NCBI GenBank assembly: GCA_002422165.1
Contig: DITQ01000001.1
Span: 71,919-135,918 of the forward strand
DNA from: Candidatus Pacebacteria bacterium UBA6180
GTDB lineage: Bacteria; Patescibacteriota; Microgenomatia; UBA1400; PJMF01
Direction of reading: 5' to 3'
DNA length: 64,000 nucleotides
Positions 10,541-19,905 of this stretch are shown here, one piece after another (positions within the stretch are counted from its first letter, which is position 1; every line of letters starts with the position of its first letter). The notes under the pieces are model-generated. The model was not told where the DNA came from, ran no database searches, and saw only the letters and a program-made list of their open reading frames with translations. The position numbers and the translations under genes are program-made.

Positions 10541-12634
10541 ATGAGTTTAACTGCCCTCTTCTACCCGAGCTCGGTGGCTGTAATTGGCGCTTCTAGCGTT
10601 GAGAAGTCTGTGGGTAATGATATCGCTGAAAACTTGGTTAAGCAAGGTTTCGCTGGGCCAATTTACCTGATCAATCCCAAAATTACGGAACTGCATGGTC
10701 AGGCCACCTTTGCAAGTATTACCGATGTTCCTGGTGATGTTGACTTGTTAATTTTGGCAATTCCGGCGGCGGCAGTCAGTGCTGAAATTAGGAAAGCCGC
10801 TGCCAAAAAACCCAAGGCGGCCGTAGTCATTTCTGCCGGTTTCAAGGAAGTCGGTCAGAAAAAATTGGAAGAAGACTTGACTACCACCTGCGAGGAACTC
10901 GGCATCACCTTAGTGGGGCCCAACTGCTTGGGTGTCATTAATCCAGAGATCAAGATGAATGCTTCTTTTGCCAAGCTTATGCCGCCAGCTGGTGAAGTGG
11001 CTTTCATTTCTCAGAGTGGGGCGTTGTGCACGGCAATTCTCGATTACGCGATTGACCTGGGGATTGGCTTTTCCAAATTTTTGAGCATTGGCAATAAAGC
11101 CATGCTTGGTGAGCTGGAGCTGATTAAATACTTGCACGCCGACGAGCGTACTAAGGTAATTTGTATTTACGCTGAGTCGCTTCACGATGCGCCGACCATG
11201 ATTGCCACTTTACGCCAGCTCAATCTGTCTGGCAAGCCTAAACCAATTATCATTCTCAAATCTGGCAAAACGCAGGCTGGCATGGGTGCGGTTGCTTCTC
11301 ATACCGGTTCACTTAGTAGTAGCGACAGCGCTTATGAAGCTCTGTTTGCGCAGGCGGGTATGATTCGAGCGGCTAGCATTAATGAGCTGTTTGATTTAGT
11401 GCAGATTTTTACCAGCAACCAATTGCAGGCGGTGGAGCGGGTGGCGATTCTGACCAACGCTGGTGGTCCAGGAGTCTTGACGACCGACAGCGTGATTGAA
11501 AATGGCCTAAAACTAGCCGAGTTGGCAGCAGATATTAAACAGAAGCTTCAGGAAATTTTGCCCAAAGCAGCCAGCACCAAAAATCCAATTGATATTTTGG
11601 GCGATGCTAGTGGCGAGACTTATGAGCAAGCGCTACAACTAGTGGTCGCTGATGAGCAGGTTGATGCAGTCTTGGTCTTGTTGACGCCACAGTCGATGAC
11701 TGAACCAACTCAAGTCGCTCAAGCAGTTGTCAAAATTCGCCAACAAACCACCAAACCGCTAGTAGTCAGCCTGATGGGCAAGGCTTTGGTGGCAGAGGGG
11801 GTGGAAATTTTGCGCCATGGCAGCGTGGCGACCCTGGCTTTTCCAGAAGCTTCAGCCAAGGCTTTGGCTAAATTAGCTGAGTTTGCTAGTTGGTTGCAGG
11901 TAGCCGCAAAACCCAGTCGAATTCTATCTTATGACGATGTCGATCGCGATCGCGTGCGAGCAATTTTTGATCGTGCTAAAAAGCGCGGACAAACCAAATT
12001 TCCTGAAGCAGAAGCCCTAGAAATAATGCGTGCTTATGGTTTACCAACGCTTCAAAACTTTTTGGCACGCAACGCCAGCCAGTTGCTTGAGGGTATGAAA
12101 AGTTTTTCTAATCAAGTGGCTTTGAAAATTGTTTCGGCTGATATTTTACATAAGAGTGACATTGGTGGGGTGCGACTCAAGGTAGACTCTAATAATGTTT
12201 TGATGGAGAGCAAAGCCATGCTGGAGCAAGTCAAAAAATTGCGCCCAACCGCTGTAGTGGATGGCATTTTGTTGATGGAGATGGCTGGACCAGGTCAAGA
12301 ATTGATTTTAGGCATTAGTCGCAATCCCCTGGGCAGTCTAATTATGTGCGGACTGGGTGGTGTTTACGTAGAGGTTTTGGCGGATGTAAGTTTTGGTTTC
12401 GCCCCGCTTTCAGAGAGCGAAGCACAAAAGATGCTACAGAGTTTGCACAGTTACAAATTGCTGAAGGGGGTTCGTGGTCAAATTGGTGTCGATGAAGCAG
12501 CGATCATCGAAGCGCTGGGGCGTTTGTCACAGTTAGCTATGGATTTTCCAGAGATTGTAGAGCTTGACATCAATCCACTTCTATCGACTGCTGAGGGGGT
12601 TAAAGTCTTGGACGCGAGATTAGTGATAGAATAA
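10541..12634 (+). CDS. ADP-forming acetyl-CoA synthetase / acyl-CoA synthetase (NDP-forming), fused alpha-beta
   Basis: CoA-binding N-terminus (SVAVIGAS...GNDI), succinyl-CoA-synthetase-like ligase domain, and a C-terminal ATP-grasp domain. Confidence 0.8.
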   Translation: MSLTALFYPSSVAVIGASSVEKSVGNDIAENLVKQGFAGPIYLINPKITELHGQATFASITDVPGDVDLLILAIPAAAVSAEIRKAAAKKPKAAVVISAGFKEVGQKKLEEDLTTTCEELGITLVGPNCLGVINPEIKMNASFAKLMPPAGEVAFISQSGALCTAILDYAIDLGIGFSKFLSIGNKAMLGELELIKYLHADERTKVICIYAESLHDAPTMIATLRQLNLSGKPKPIIILKSGKTQAGMGAVASHTGSLSSSDSAYEALFAQAGMIRAASINELFDLVQIFTSNQLQAVERVAILTNAGGPGVLTTDSVIENGLKLAELAADIKQKLQEILPKAASTKNPIDILGDASGETYEQALQLVVADEQVDAVLVLLTPQSMTEPTQVAQAVVKIRQQTTKPLVVSLMGKALVAEGVEILRHGSVATLAFPEASAKALAKLAEFASWLQVAAKPSRILSYDDVDRDRVRAIFDRAKKRGQTKFPEAEALEIMRAYGLPTLQNFLARNASQLLEGMKSFSNQVALKIVSADILHKSDIGGVRLKVDSNNVLMESKAMLEQVKKLRPTAVVDGILLMEMAGPGQELILGISRNPLGSLIMCGLGGVYVEVLADVSFGFAPLSESEAQKMLQSLHSYKLLKGVRGQIGVDEAAIIEALGRLSQLAMDFPEIVELDINPLLSTAEGVKVLDARLVIE

Positions 12635-12638
12635 CGCC

Positions 12639-13787
12639 ATGAAATCAGCCATTTATGCCTTTTCTGGCGACCCGATTACCTTCGGACACTTGGACATTAT
12701 TGAGCGCAGTGCTGCGGTTTTTGATCGAGTGGTGGTGGCGATTGGCGTCAATCCAGCCAAAAAATACCTTTTTTCCCTTGAGGAGCGCACAGAAATGGCT
12801 CGCAGGTCGCTGCTTGCCTTTCAAAACGTCGAAGTCAAATCTTTTACTGGCATGCTGGTTGATTTTGCCTACGAAAATAACATCGATGTGATCGTCAAAG
12901 GGGTGCGTTCCAGTAAGGATTTCGAGTATGAGCAGAGTTTGCATAGTTTGGGTGACAGTCAGCGTTTAGGAATCGACACTTTTGTTTTATTTACCAAGCC
13001 TAGTTTGGCTCACATTAGCTCGAGCGCGGTCAAAGATATCCAGAAGGAGCAAGGTCTCATTCAGGACTATGTGCCGCCTTACGTCAAGCAGTGTCTGGAA
13101 GCAAAGCTCAGTGGTCAGTATATAGTCGGTTTAACTGGCGAGATTGGTTCAGGCAAATCTTACGTGGGCGAACAGCTGGTTGCATTGGCTCATAAAAGTG
13201 GCTTGAAGGCGCACAATGTTGAACTCGATCGCTTATCTTGGCAAATTCAAGAAGATTTGCAGGAAGAGAAATACGCTCTGGTGCGCCGACAAATCACTGA
13301 TGCTTTTGGAGCTGAAGTTGCTAATGCTGACGGCAGCATCAACCGCAAAGTCTTGGGGGAAATTGTTTTTGCTGATTCTGCCAAGTTGGCGCGCCTCAAC
13401 GAAATTATGGCCACGCCGATTCTGGTGCGCTTACGCCGCGAGCTGCAGGGCAAACAAGGTCTGATTTTACTCAATGCTGCTTTGCTGGTTGAAGCAGAAA
13501 TGAGTCAACTTGCTAATTACAACATGATTCTTTTGTCAGTAAGTGAAAAAGTGCAGCAGGCACGCTTGCTCGACAGAGGCCTTAGTCTAGAACAAATCAA
13601 ACGCCGGCTGGCAAGTCAGTATGATTTCGCTCACAAGAAAAAACATTTGGAGGCAGCAATTGCCAAGCACGGTCAAGGTCAACTGTGGGTGGTGAACAAT
13701 GATCAAGCTAGTGAGGCAGAGCTCGCCAAGCTTTTGCGAGATGTCACATCAACTCTCGGCCTCAAAAATGCAATTCAAGCGAAATAG
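12639..13787 (+). CDS. Bifunctional phosphopantetheine adenylyltransferase (CoaD) / dephospho-CoA kinase (CoaE) fusion
   Basis: N-terminal PPAT motif AIYAFSGDPITFGHLDII. Second half has the CoaE P-loop IVGLTGEIGSGKSYV. Confidence 0.8.
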   Translation: MKSAIYAFSGDPITFGHLDIIERSAAVFDRVVVAIGVNPAKKYLFSLEERTEMARRSLLAFQNVEVKSFTGMLVDFAYENNIDVIVKGVRSSKDFEYEQSLHSLGDSQRLGIDTFVLFTKPSLAHISSSAVKDIQKEQGLIQDYVPPYVKQCLEAKLSGQYIVGLTGEIGSGKSYVGEQLVALAHKSGLKAHNVELDRLSWQIQEDLQEEKYALVRRQITDAFGAEVANADGSINRKVLGEIVFADSAKLARLNEIMATPILVRLRRELQGKQGLILLNAALLVEAEMSQLANYNMILLSVSEKVQQARLLDRGLSLEQIKRRLASQYDFAHKKKHLEAAIAKHGQGQLWVVNNDQASEAELAKLLRDVTSTLGLKNAIQAK

Positions 13788-14529
13788 GGCAGTGATCGGA
13801 ACCCAAGACTTCAGGGTGAACGTCAGCTGCTTTTAGCTTGCTAAGTAAATTTTGACTGACGAAAAAGTAGTCAATCCTCCAGCCGACGTTACGTGCTCTG
13901 GCACCTGAGCGCTGACTCCACCAAGTGTATTGGTCTTTTACATCTGGATGAAAATGACGGAAACTGTCGATGAAGCCGGTTTTGAGCAGGGCATCGATCC
14001 AGGCGCGTTCTTCCTGCAGGAATCCAGAAATCTGCTCATTTTCTTTGGGTCTAGCTAGATCAATTGGCTGGTGGGCGGTGTTGACGTCGCCGCAAATGAT
14101 GAGGTTTTGTTCCGTCTTAAGCAATTTTTGGAGATATTCAAGCAAAAAAGCGTAGTACTCCATCTTATAGGCCAAGCGTTCTGGCGAGGCTTTGCCGTTT
14201 GGAAAATAGATGTTGAAGAGAGTGAAGTGCTCGTAGCGACTAATGATAGTGCGCCCTTCGCGATCAAATTTGCTCTCTCCCAAGCCAACTTGAGTGTTGA
14301 TCGGTTTAATTTTGCTGTAGGTAGCGACACCGCTGTAACCTTTTTTTTCAGCACTGGCGAAAATACTTTCGTAAGGTTCGATTTCAGTTAAATCAAAACC
14401 CAGTTGGTCAGGCGAAGCTTTGGTCTCTTGCAGACATAAGATGTCAGCTTCAGCCTGTTTGACGAAGTCGTGGAAACCTTTTTTGGCGACCGCGCGAATA
14501 CCATTTACGTTCCAAGAATAAATCTTCAT
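13762..14529 (-). CDS. xth: Exodeoxyribonuclease III (AP endonuclease, Xth family)
   Basis: N-terminus MKIYSWNVNGIRA, an EEP-fold catalytic pattern, and a C-terminal SDHCP motif. Confidence 0.85.
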   Translation of the reverse strand: MKIYSWNVNGIRAVAKKGFHDFVKQAEADILCLQETKASPDQLGFDLTEIEPYESIFASAEKKGYSGVATYSKIKPINTQVGLGESKFDREGRTIISRYEHFTLFNIYFPNGKASPERLAYKMEYYAFLLEYLQKLLKTEQNLIICGDVNTAHQPIDLARPKENEQISGFLQEERAWIDALLKTGFIDSFRHFHPDVKDQYTWWSQRSGARARNVGWRIDYFFVSQNLLSKLKAADVHPEVLGSDHCPISLELHF

Positions 14530-14564
14530 AATCTAGTAATTATAGCGTATATTGCTAGCTAGCA

Positions 14565-15434
14565 ATGACAACTTCTAAGCTTAGTGAATTGGATTTTTTA
14601 GTGCTGCAAACTCTTGCTTACAGTAGTTGCTTCAATTTTGCGCTGACTGCTGAGGAGGTTATTAAGCGTTTACCCTATTCGGAAAAATTCAAATTTTCGC
14701 GTCAAAAAATCAGAAATTCGCTCAAAAAATTGCTGCAGCAATCTTTGCTGCAAAGTGATAATCAGTATTTTTATTTGGCCAAGCGCGACTTACAAAATCG
14801 CCAGCAAAAAAGCAAGCATTTTGAACTCAAGCATGCAGAGGTGGCGAAGTTTGTCGCCTTGGCCAAGCAAATTCCCTTCATCAGAGCGGTAGTTTTGACT
14901 GGTTCGACAGCGGTCAATAATGCCGGGCGCAGTGATGATTTAGATTTTATGATCATTACACGCCGCAACACTCTCTGGTTGACTCGCATGCTCCTAATCG
15001 TACTGACCAAACTTAAAGGCAAAAGACCGCTTCGACATGCCAGTAATGCTTGGTGTTTCAATCTTTTACTTGATGAAGGTGATTTATCTTTGACCAGAGA
15101 GCGGCATAGTCTTTATGAGGCCTACGAGATTTTACAAATGCAATTCGTTTTGGATCGCGGTGAGCTGGAGCGAGCATTTCTCGATGCCAATTCTTGGTTG
15201 CGAGGGCAGTTGTTCTTTTATGCTAGCTATAAGTTTGGCCGTTACCAGAGTAAAAAGTCTTTCTCGCTACTTAATTACTTGCTTTTTATGTTGCAAAAAA
15301 CCTATAGACATCTAGTTTTTGGCCGAGAGAATTTTGCTTTAAATTTGACCCAAGCTTTTTTCAATGAGCTGGCATTTCGCGAGCAAATTTTCGCTAAATT
15401 GGAGAGGAAAATGAAAGGAATTTTGCCTTCCTAA
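14565..15434 (+). CDS. Hypothetical protein with a Pol-beta-type nucleotidyltransferase motif
   Basis: LTGSTAVNNAGRSDDLDFMII fits the GS...DxD minimal NTase motif. Confidence 0.4.
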   Translation: MTTSKLSELDFLVLQTLAYSSCFNFALTAEEVIKRLPYSEKFKFSRQKIRNSLKKLLQQSLLQSDNQYFYLAKRDLQNRQQKSKHFELKHAEVAKFVALAKQIPFIRAVVLTGSTAVNNAGRSDDLDFMIITRRNTLWLTRMLLIVLTKLKGKRPLRHASNAWCFNLLLDEGDLSLTRERHSLYEAYEILQMQFVLDRGELERAFLDANSWLRGQLFFYASYKFGRYQSKKSFSLLNYLLFMLQKTYRHLVFGRENFALNLTQAFFNELAFREQIFAKLERKMKGILPS

Positions 15435-15471
15435 AATTTATTTTTTTATATTCTCCTCGACAAATAGACTA

Positions 15472-16839
15472 ATGAATTTGATATGTAAGGTTTTACATTT
15501 TGAACAAGCCTGGTCAGAAGATAAGAAGAGAAAGAGCTATCTTTTAAACTTTATCAACTTTTCGCTCTTAGTCTTTCTATTATTTGTGATCGGAATTAGC
15601 ATATTTGGCAATTTCTCATCTGATATCAACGACAATCAAGAAAATCTTTGGTTTTTGTTAGCCATCGTTGTAGTATTATTACTTTTCATATTTTTGGTCA
15701 GAAAAGGTTTGGTACGTTTAGTTGCCTTAACTCTAATTTCCTTGCTTTTATTATCTTTACTCAAATGCAGCTTAACTTGGGGAATTGATTTATGCACTGT
15801 CGACATCATGTATTCTTTTATCATTTTGCTTAGTGCGATTTTAATTAACTCGCGCTTTTCTATGGTTATCTTGTTGGTGATTTGTCTATCTCTATCGGCA
15901 ATTTTTTTCTTGCATGAAAGCGAAATAATCATTCGAGATTCTGTTTGGCAAGCTTCTTTGCCAAGTTCAACAAATTTACTGATAGTTATTGTTATCTACA
16001 CTTTGATGACGGCACTTTCTTGGCTGTCTTCTTGTGAAATTGAAAAGTCTTTGCAAAAATCTAAAAAATTGGCTAAGCGGCTCCGTTTACAAAATGAAAA
16101 TCTCGAGAAAATTGTCGAGCAAAGAACCAAGGAGCTCAAAACTTTACAACTTAACCAATTAACCAGAATTGCTCCTCTGCTTGATTTGGGGAAACTGGCT
16201 GCCGGTTTAGTTCATGACGTTAGGCAGCCCTTGTCAGTACTTAATATGATTTTGGAGGAAGCCAAAAATAATAACAACAAGTTTGCTGATATCGACTTGG
16301 CTTTTGCTGCTATCAGACAAATTGACGATCTTTCCAACATTAGTGTTACTAAATTTTTTTGTCAGACGCAGCCAGAAATTTTTAGCTTAAACAAAGAAAT
16401 TACTAAACTTTTAAGCCTTTTTAAATACAAGGCTAGCAAGAAAAAAGTTCGCCTAATTTTTCAACCAAATTGCAAACTTGATCTGCATGCAGATCGTAAG
16501 AAACTTTTACAAGTTGTGGCTAATTTGATTATCAATGCCATCGAAGCTTATGAAGGTCTTGGCAAGATAGAGCAAAATGTTTTCATCAAGTTGCAGCGCA
16601 ACTCTCGTCACCTAGTTGTTACAGTCAAAGATTATGGGGTTGGGATTAGCAGACAAAATCTTACTTCAATTTTTAATCCCATTTTTTCACTTAAAAATCC
16701 TGAAAACTCACTAGGCTTAGGCCTTTATGTTAGTCAGGAAATAATGCAGAAATTTTTTGAAACGAATATCAAAGTAGGAAGTTCTCCCAAAGGCGGCACT
16801 AGTTTTAGTCTGCTTATCAAAAATAAATTTATTTTGTAA
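15472..16839 (+). CDS. Sensor histidine kinase (multi-TM sensor, HisKA plus HATPase_c); no cognate response regulator nearby
   Basis: About 6 N-terminal TM helices, a coiled coil, an H-box LAAGLVHDVRQPLS, and N/G boxes (NLIINAIEA, DYGVGIS, LGLGL). Confidence 0.7.
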   Translation: MNLICKVLHFEQAWSEDKKRKSYLLNFINFSLLVFLLFVIGISIFGNFSSDINDNQENLWFLLAIVVVLLLFIFLVRKGLVRLVALTLISLLLLSLLKCSLTWGIDLCTVDIMYSFIILLSAILINSRFSMVILLVICLSLSAIFFLHESEIIIRDSVWQASLPSSTNLLIVIVIYTLMTALSWLSSCEIEKSLQKSKKLAKRLRLQNENLEKIVEQRTKELKTLQLNQLTRIAPLLDLGKLAAGLVHDVRQPLSVLNMILEEAKNNNNKFADIDLAFAAIRQIDDLSNISVTKFFCQTQPEIFSLNKEITKLLSLFKYKASKKKVRLIFQPNCKLDLHADRKKLLQVVANLIINAIEAYEGLGKIEQNVFIKLQRNSRHLVVTVKDYGVGISRQNLTSIFNPIFSLKNPENSLGLGLYVSQEIMQKFFETNIKVGSSPKGGTSFSLLIKNKFIL

Positions 16840-17051
16840 AAAATTTCCCTTGACTCGGCTACAAAATTACCGCTTGCAATTGACTTTGATTCTTGTTAGT
16901 TTGGTCTTTGCTGTGGAACGCAGTGAAAATCTGCGACTGTGCCGCAACGGTGATTTCCTTTTTGGATCAAGTCCGATCTTCAGCAAAATTGCTAATCTTG
17001 ACGAGCATCGAGTAAGAATTTTTCTGTAGAGAAAAAATTTTGCCAGACGAT

Positions 17052-17074
17052 GCTCCCTCATAGGGAGCTTTTTT
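17052..17074 (+). terminator. Rho-independent terminator-like hairpin
   Basis: GCTCCCT-CATA-GGGAGC followed by TTTTTT, 210 nt downstream of the kinase stop. Confidence 0.5.
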
Positions 17075-17143
17075 GATCACCTGAAGAAACCACGGCAGTT
17101 AATTGATAGCTCAGGTTCATTAATTGAGCCAAGAAAGGTCGAT

Positions 17144-17887
17144 ATGTCAAGTAAAGAAACAGGAGGATCAGGAGCAAGACAAAAGAAACGCACGGCTGTG
17201 GAGATGGCTGCTAGTGTGGGGTCGTCCGTAGTTTTGCCAGATCAATTCTGGCAAGATTTCAGTCGTCTGGATCTGTCCACCGTCTTGCGTGATTTGGGCA
17301 AGGAGCTGGGCTTTAGTTGGCTTGAGTGGGCAGCGATCATCAATGGAGCGGGGATGTGGTTGGTGGAGAGTTTGGACAAAGCAGCTGCTAACTTGCAGGC
17401 GCAAGTCGTCGAGCAACAAACAGCCATCGAGCTGCGGCAAACCTTTGGTGTACCCCACAGTGATTTGGCACTGCCAGTTTTCATGGAGTTGGCAGTGATG
17501 GAAGCTGATGCTAGGCAGGCCCTGCAGCAAGGGGCAGCTTCGGTCGAAGCGATGTGGGCGCGGCTTAGAGAGCAAGTTTTTTATACCATACAGTTGTTTT
17601 TGGCTAATCGGATCAATCAAGTCGAGGAGGAAGAGCGGGCGAATAAGCAAGCTTTGATGGTGGCCAAGGAGCACGCCAAAGGTCACGAGCAGGTGTTGGC
17701 GCCGGAACGGACCGCGGTCGACGCTAGATTTAAGCAAACCCTGCGAGACTTGTCAACCAAGAAGGACGAGTTGATGCAGGCTTTTCGGCAATTAACTGGC
17801 GGTGCAGTCAGAGGAGTCGAGCGAGCGTTGGAGGCGACGGTTTTTCAGGCAAGTCGACAGTCGCTAGCGGTGACGCAGGTGGGGTGA
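17144..17887 (+). CDS. Hypothetical protein in a GC-elevated segment
   Basis: The + strand ORF is protein-like (helical, Q/A/E-rich) and has an AAAGG RBS. An antisense 189-aa ORF is a GC-driven shadow. Local GC is visibly higher than the flanks. Confidence 0.5.
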   Translation: MSSKETGGSGARQKKRTAVEMAASVGSSVVLPDQFWQDFSRLDLSTVLRDLGKELGFSWLEWAAIINGAGMWLVESLDKAAANLQAQVVEQQTAIELRQTFGVPHSDLALPVFMELAVMEADARQALQQGAASVEAMWARLREQVFYTIQLFLANRINQVEEEERANKQALMVAKEHAKGHEQVLAPERTAVDARFKQTLRDLSTKKDELMQAFRQLTGGAVRGVERALEATVFQASRQSLAVTQVG

Positions 17888-17979
17888 GGAGGGAAAGTCA
17901 AATTAAACACATTGCAATTCTATAAGTCTGGTGGTAACCTATCAGTTATCAATTTAAGCTTGCCCGTGGATTAACCATA

Positions 17980-19350
17980 ATGAGAGCAGAGTTTAGGCAG
18001 CGCAAATCAAACCTTTTCGATCAAAAATCTTTGCCGCCAATTGATGGAGATGAGGCAAAAATACATATTCCTTGGAGTTTTCGCGCGTTCAAACCTGATT
18101 TGTCCAGGCGACTTAGAAAACTTTATTCCCCCATTAGATTTCACAGTGCAGAATTTCCTAGCGGAATGCCATTGATATTGACAGGTAAAGCTAATCGTGT
18201 GGTGGCTCCCTTGGTTATGGATGGAGAAAATGTGACCGATGCGACTCAGGACTTATTTGAAATGGCTGCATTTACTCAGGTTCGAAAAAATTTGGGTCCA
18301 AATGTGGAAAGCCTAAGTGTTTTGGGTGTATTTAACGATGAAAGACAAGATAATCCATCGGTCAAGGAATTACCAGGCGAAATGATTGCGGCTATTTTGT
18401 CAGATATGGCTGAAGTAAGAGAAGAATTTATGCCGGTATCCTTAGTTTCAGCTCAAAGTAGTTGGACGTTATCCACGGTTGATTTAATGAAGATAGCTGG
18501 GGTAAAAACATACGTTGCCGTAGACAGGCACAGTTATAAAGCTGCTGAACAATATGAAGCTGCAGGTATCGAGACAGTCAATCTCACGACAGCCAAATTA
18601 ATGGTTGAGAATCTTCGTAAAAATCTTTTCTTAAAAGAAAACTTGAAAACAGTGATTGCTGGAGTGGATTTTGGCAATCTAGCTTTGGCAAAAAAGTTGA
18701 GCGAAGAAGAAGGCTTTGACTTAGCCATAATTCGCAAGCACAGAATTGCCACTCTTGACGGGACACCTTCTAAGACAGTTCACGAGTTAGTTTATGGTGA
18801 TGTTAGAGGAAAAAGAGTGCTTTTGATGGACGATATGATTGGTAGTGGAGGCACAATTTTTAATACGGTCGATGAATTATTGAAAAATGGTGCCGCGGAA
18901 GTTATTGTTTGCGCCTCGCAAGCCGTATTTGCTGGTAAAGAGTATTACGCTAAACTTCAGGAAATTTTGAAAAATGATAAAGTCAAACTAGTAATGACAA
19001 GCGATACCCTGCCTTTGGAAAGACCAACTAGAGGTAAGGACAGATCTTTGCCCTACATTCTCGTACCAGGCGGAAATGGCAGGCTTCAAAAGCGCGAAGT
19101 GGCTATGTTGGAGGTTGATGATTTCATCGCGTATATCGTCGGTGTGATGCTGCTTAACCCAACTGCTGATGGAGTTGCCAAAGCAATGGGTGAGCATGTT
19201 TTAGAGTTGAGTGATCCTTACGATTTATATTATCAAATTACTGGCAAAAAAGTGCCAAGACCGGTAATAACGCACGAATATTTGGAGGGCGGAAGGCATG
19301 CGCCTATAGAAAAAGTGCTAGCTGATTTGAAAAAGCCAAAACCTCGCTAA
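17980..19350 (+). CDS. Phosphoribosyltransferase-domain protein (Prs-like PRPP-binding motif) with an atypical N-terminal extension
   Basis: Type I PRTase PRPP loop VLLMDDMIGSGGTIFNTV. The N-terminal 130 aa do not resemble the Prs N-domain, so the start is uncertain. Confidence 0.55.
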   Translation: MRAEFRQRKSNLFDQKSLPPIDGDEAKIHIPWSFRAFKPDLSRRLRKLYSPIRFHSAEFPSGMPLILTGKANRVVAPLVMDGENVTDATQDLFEMAAFTQVRKNLGPNVESLSVLGVFNDERQDNPSVKELPGEMIAAILSDMAEVREEFMPVSLVSAQSSWTLSTVDLMKIAGVKTYVAVDRHSYKAAEQYEAAGIETVNLTTAKLMVENLRKNLFLKENLKTVIAGVDFGNLALAKKLSEEEGFDLAIIRKHRIATLDGTPSKTVHELVYGDVRGKRVLLMDDMIGSGGTIFNTVDELLKNGAAEVIVCASQAVFAGKEYYAKLQEILKNDKVKLVMTSDTLPLERPTRGKDRSLPYILVPGGNGRLQKREVAMLEVDDFIAYIVGVMLLNPTADGVAKAMGEHVLELSDPYDLYYQITGKKVPRPVITHEYLEGGRHAPIEKVLADLKKPKPR

Positions 19351-19439
19351 TGCATCTTTCGTACCAAGCGTCCGAAATTCGCTTTGCATCTTTCGTACCA
19401 AGTGTCCGAAATTCGCTCTGCATCTTTCGTACCAGCTGC
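19351..19439. repeat. Tandem direct repeat, 34-bp unit, about 2.6 copies
   Basis: TGCATCTTTCGTACCAAGCGTCCGAAATTCGCTT, then TGCATCTTTCGTACCAAGTGTCCGAAATTCGCTC, then TGCATCTTTCGTACCAGCTGC. Each unit contains an internal TTTCG...CGAAA inverted repeat. Confidence 0.85.
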
Positions 19440-19499
19440 TTTTTACAACGCATTATCATGCATTGTAAAAAGACAGGGTCCGAAATACAATCAAAGCAG

Positions 19500-19778
19500 A
19501 TGACCCAAACCAAAATTGTCGCAGGAGTAGTTCACGAAGTACCAGCAGATTTGCAGGTGGTTCTGCAAGCAAACGAAGACTTACTAGACAAGTGGGAGAA
19601 GCTCACCCCTCTAGCTCGCAACGAGTGGATTTGCTGGCTAACCATCGTCAAAAAAGCTGAAACGAGAGCAGAGCACCTAGTGCGCTTACAGGAAGAATTA
19701 CTTGAGGGGCAGCGTCGGCCTTGCTGTTGGCCAGGTTGCCCACACCGGCGCACAAGCGCCAAGAAGTGGTTTAAGTAA
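19500..19778 (+). CDS. YdeI/OmdA-domain small protein
   Basis: C-terminal ...LTPLARNEWICWLTIVKKAETRAEHLVRL matches the OmdA/YdeI pattern. The ORF-track start at 19350 would read through the tandem repeat, so the ATG at 19500 was chosen. Confidence 0.55.
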   Translation: MTQTKIVAGVVHEVPADLQVVLQANEDLLDKWEKLTPLARNEWICWLTIVKKAETRAEHLVRLQEELLEGQRRPCCWPGCPHRRTSAKKWFK

Positions 19779-19905
19779 TTTTATGAGGGTTTTTGCTATT
19801 CTTTGTTTGAGCAATTAATCATCCAGCAAATGCCAAATTTGTCCACGAAGAAGCCGAAGTAGCCGCCCTAGAACATGTCTTGCATCGCCATTTCGACTTT
19901 GCCAC

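Noticed and set aside
16867-17061. 64-aa minus-strand ORF in the kinase downstream spacer
   Set aside because: Arg/Lys-rich low-complexity translation. It overlaps the terminator hairpin. No RBS.
17168-17737. 189-aa antisense ORF (and 17242..17484, 17289..17498) inside the GC-rich gene
   Set aside because: The translation is low-complexity (P/H/L/C/Q-rich), typical of shadow ORFs in GC-elevated DNA. The + strand ORF has coherent helical composition and an RBS.
19351-19439. Possible CRISPR array
   Set aside because: Only about 2.6 direct tandem copies of a 34-bp unit with no intervening unique spacers. No cas genes.
19350-19499. ORF-track start at 19350 for the OmdA-like gene
   Set aside because: It would translate straight through the tandem repeat (MHLSYQASEIRFASFVPSVR...). 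The internal ATG at 19500 precedes the conserved domain.
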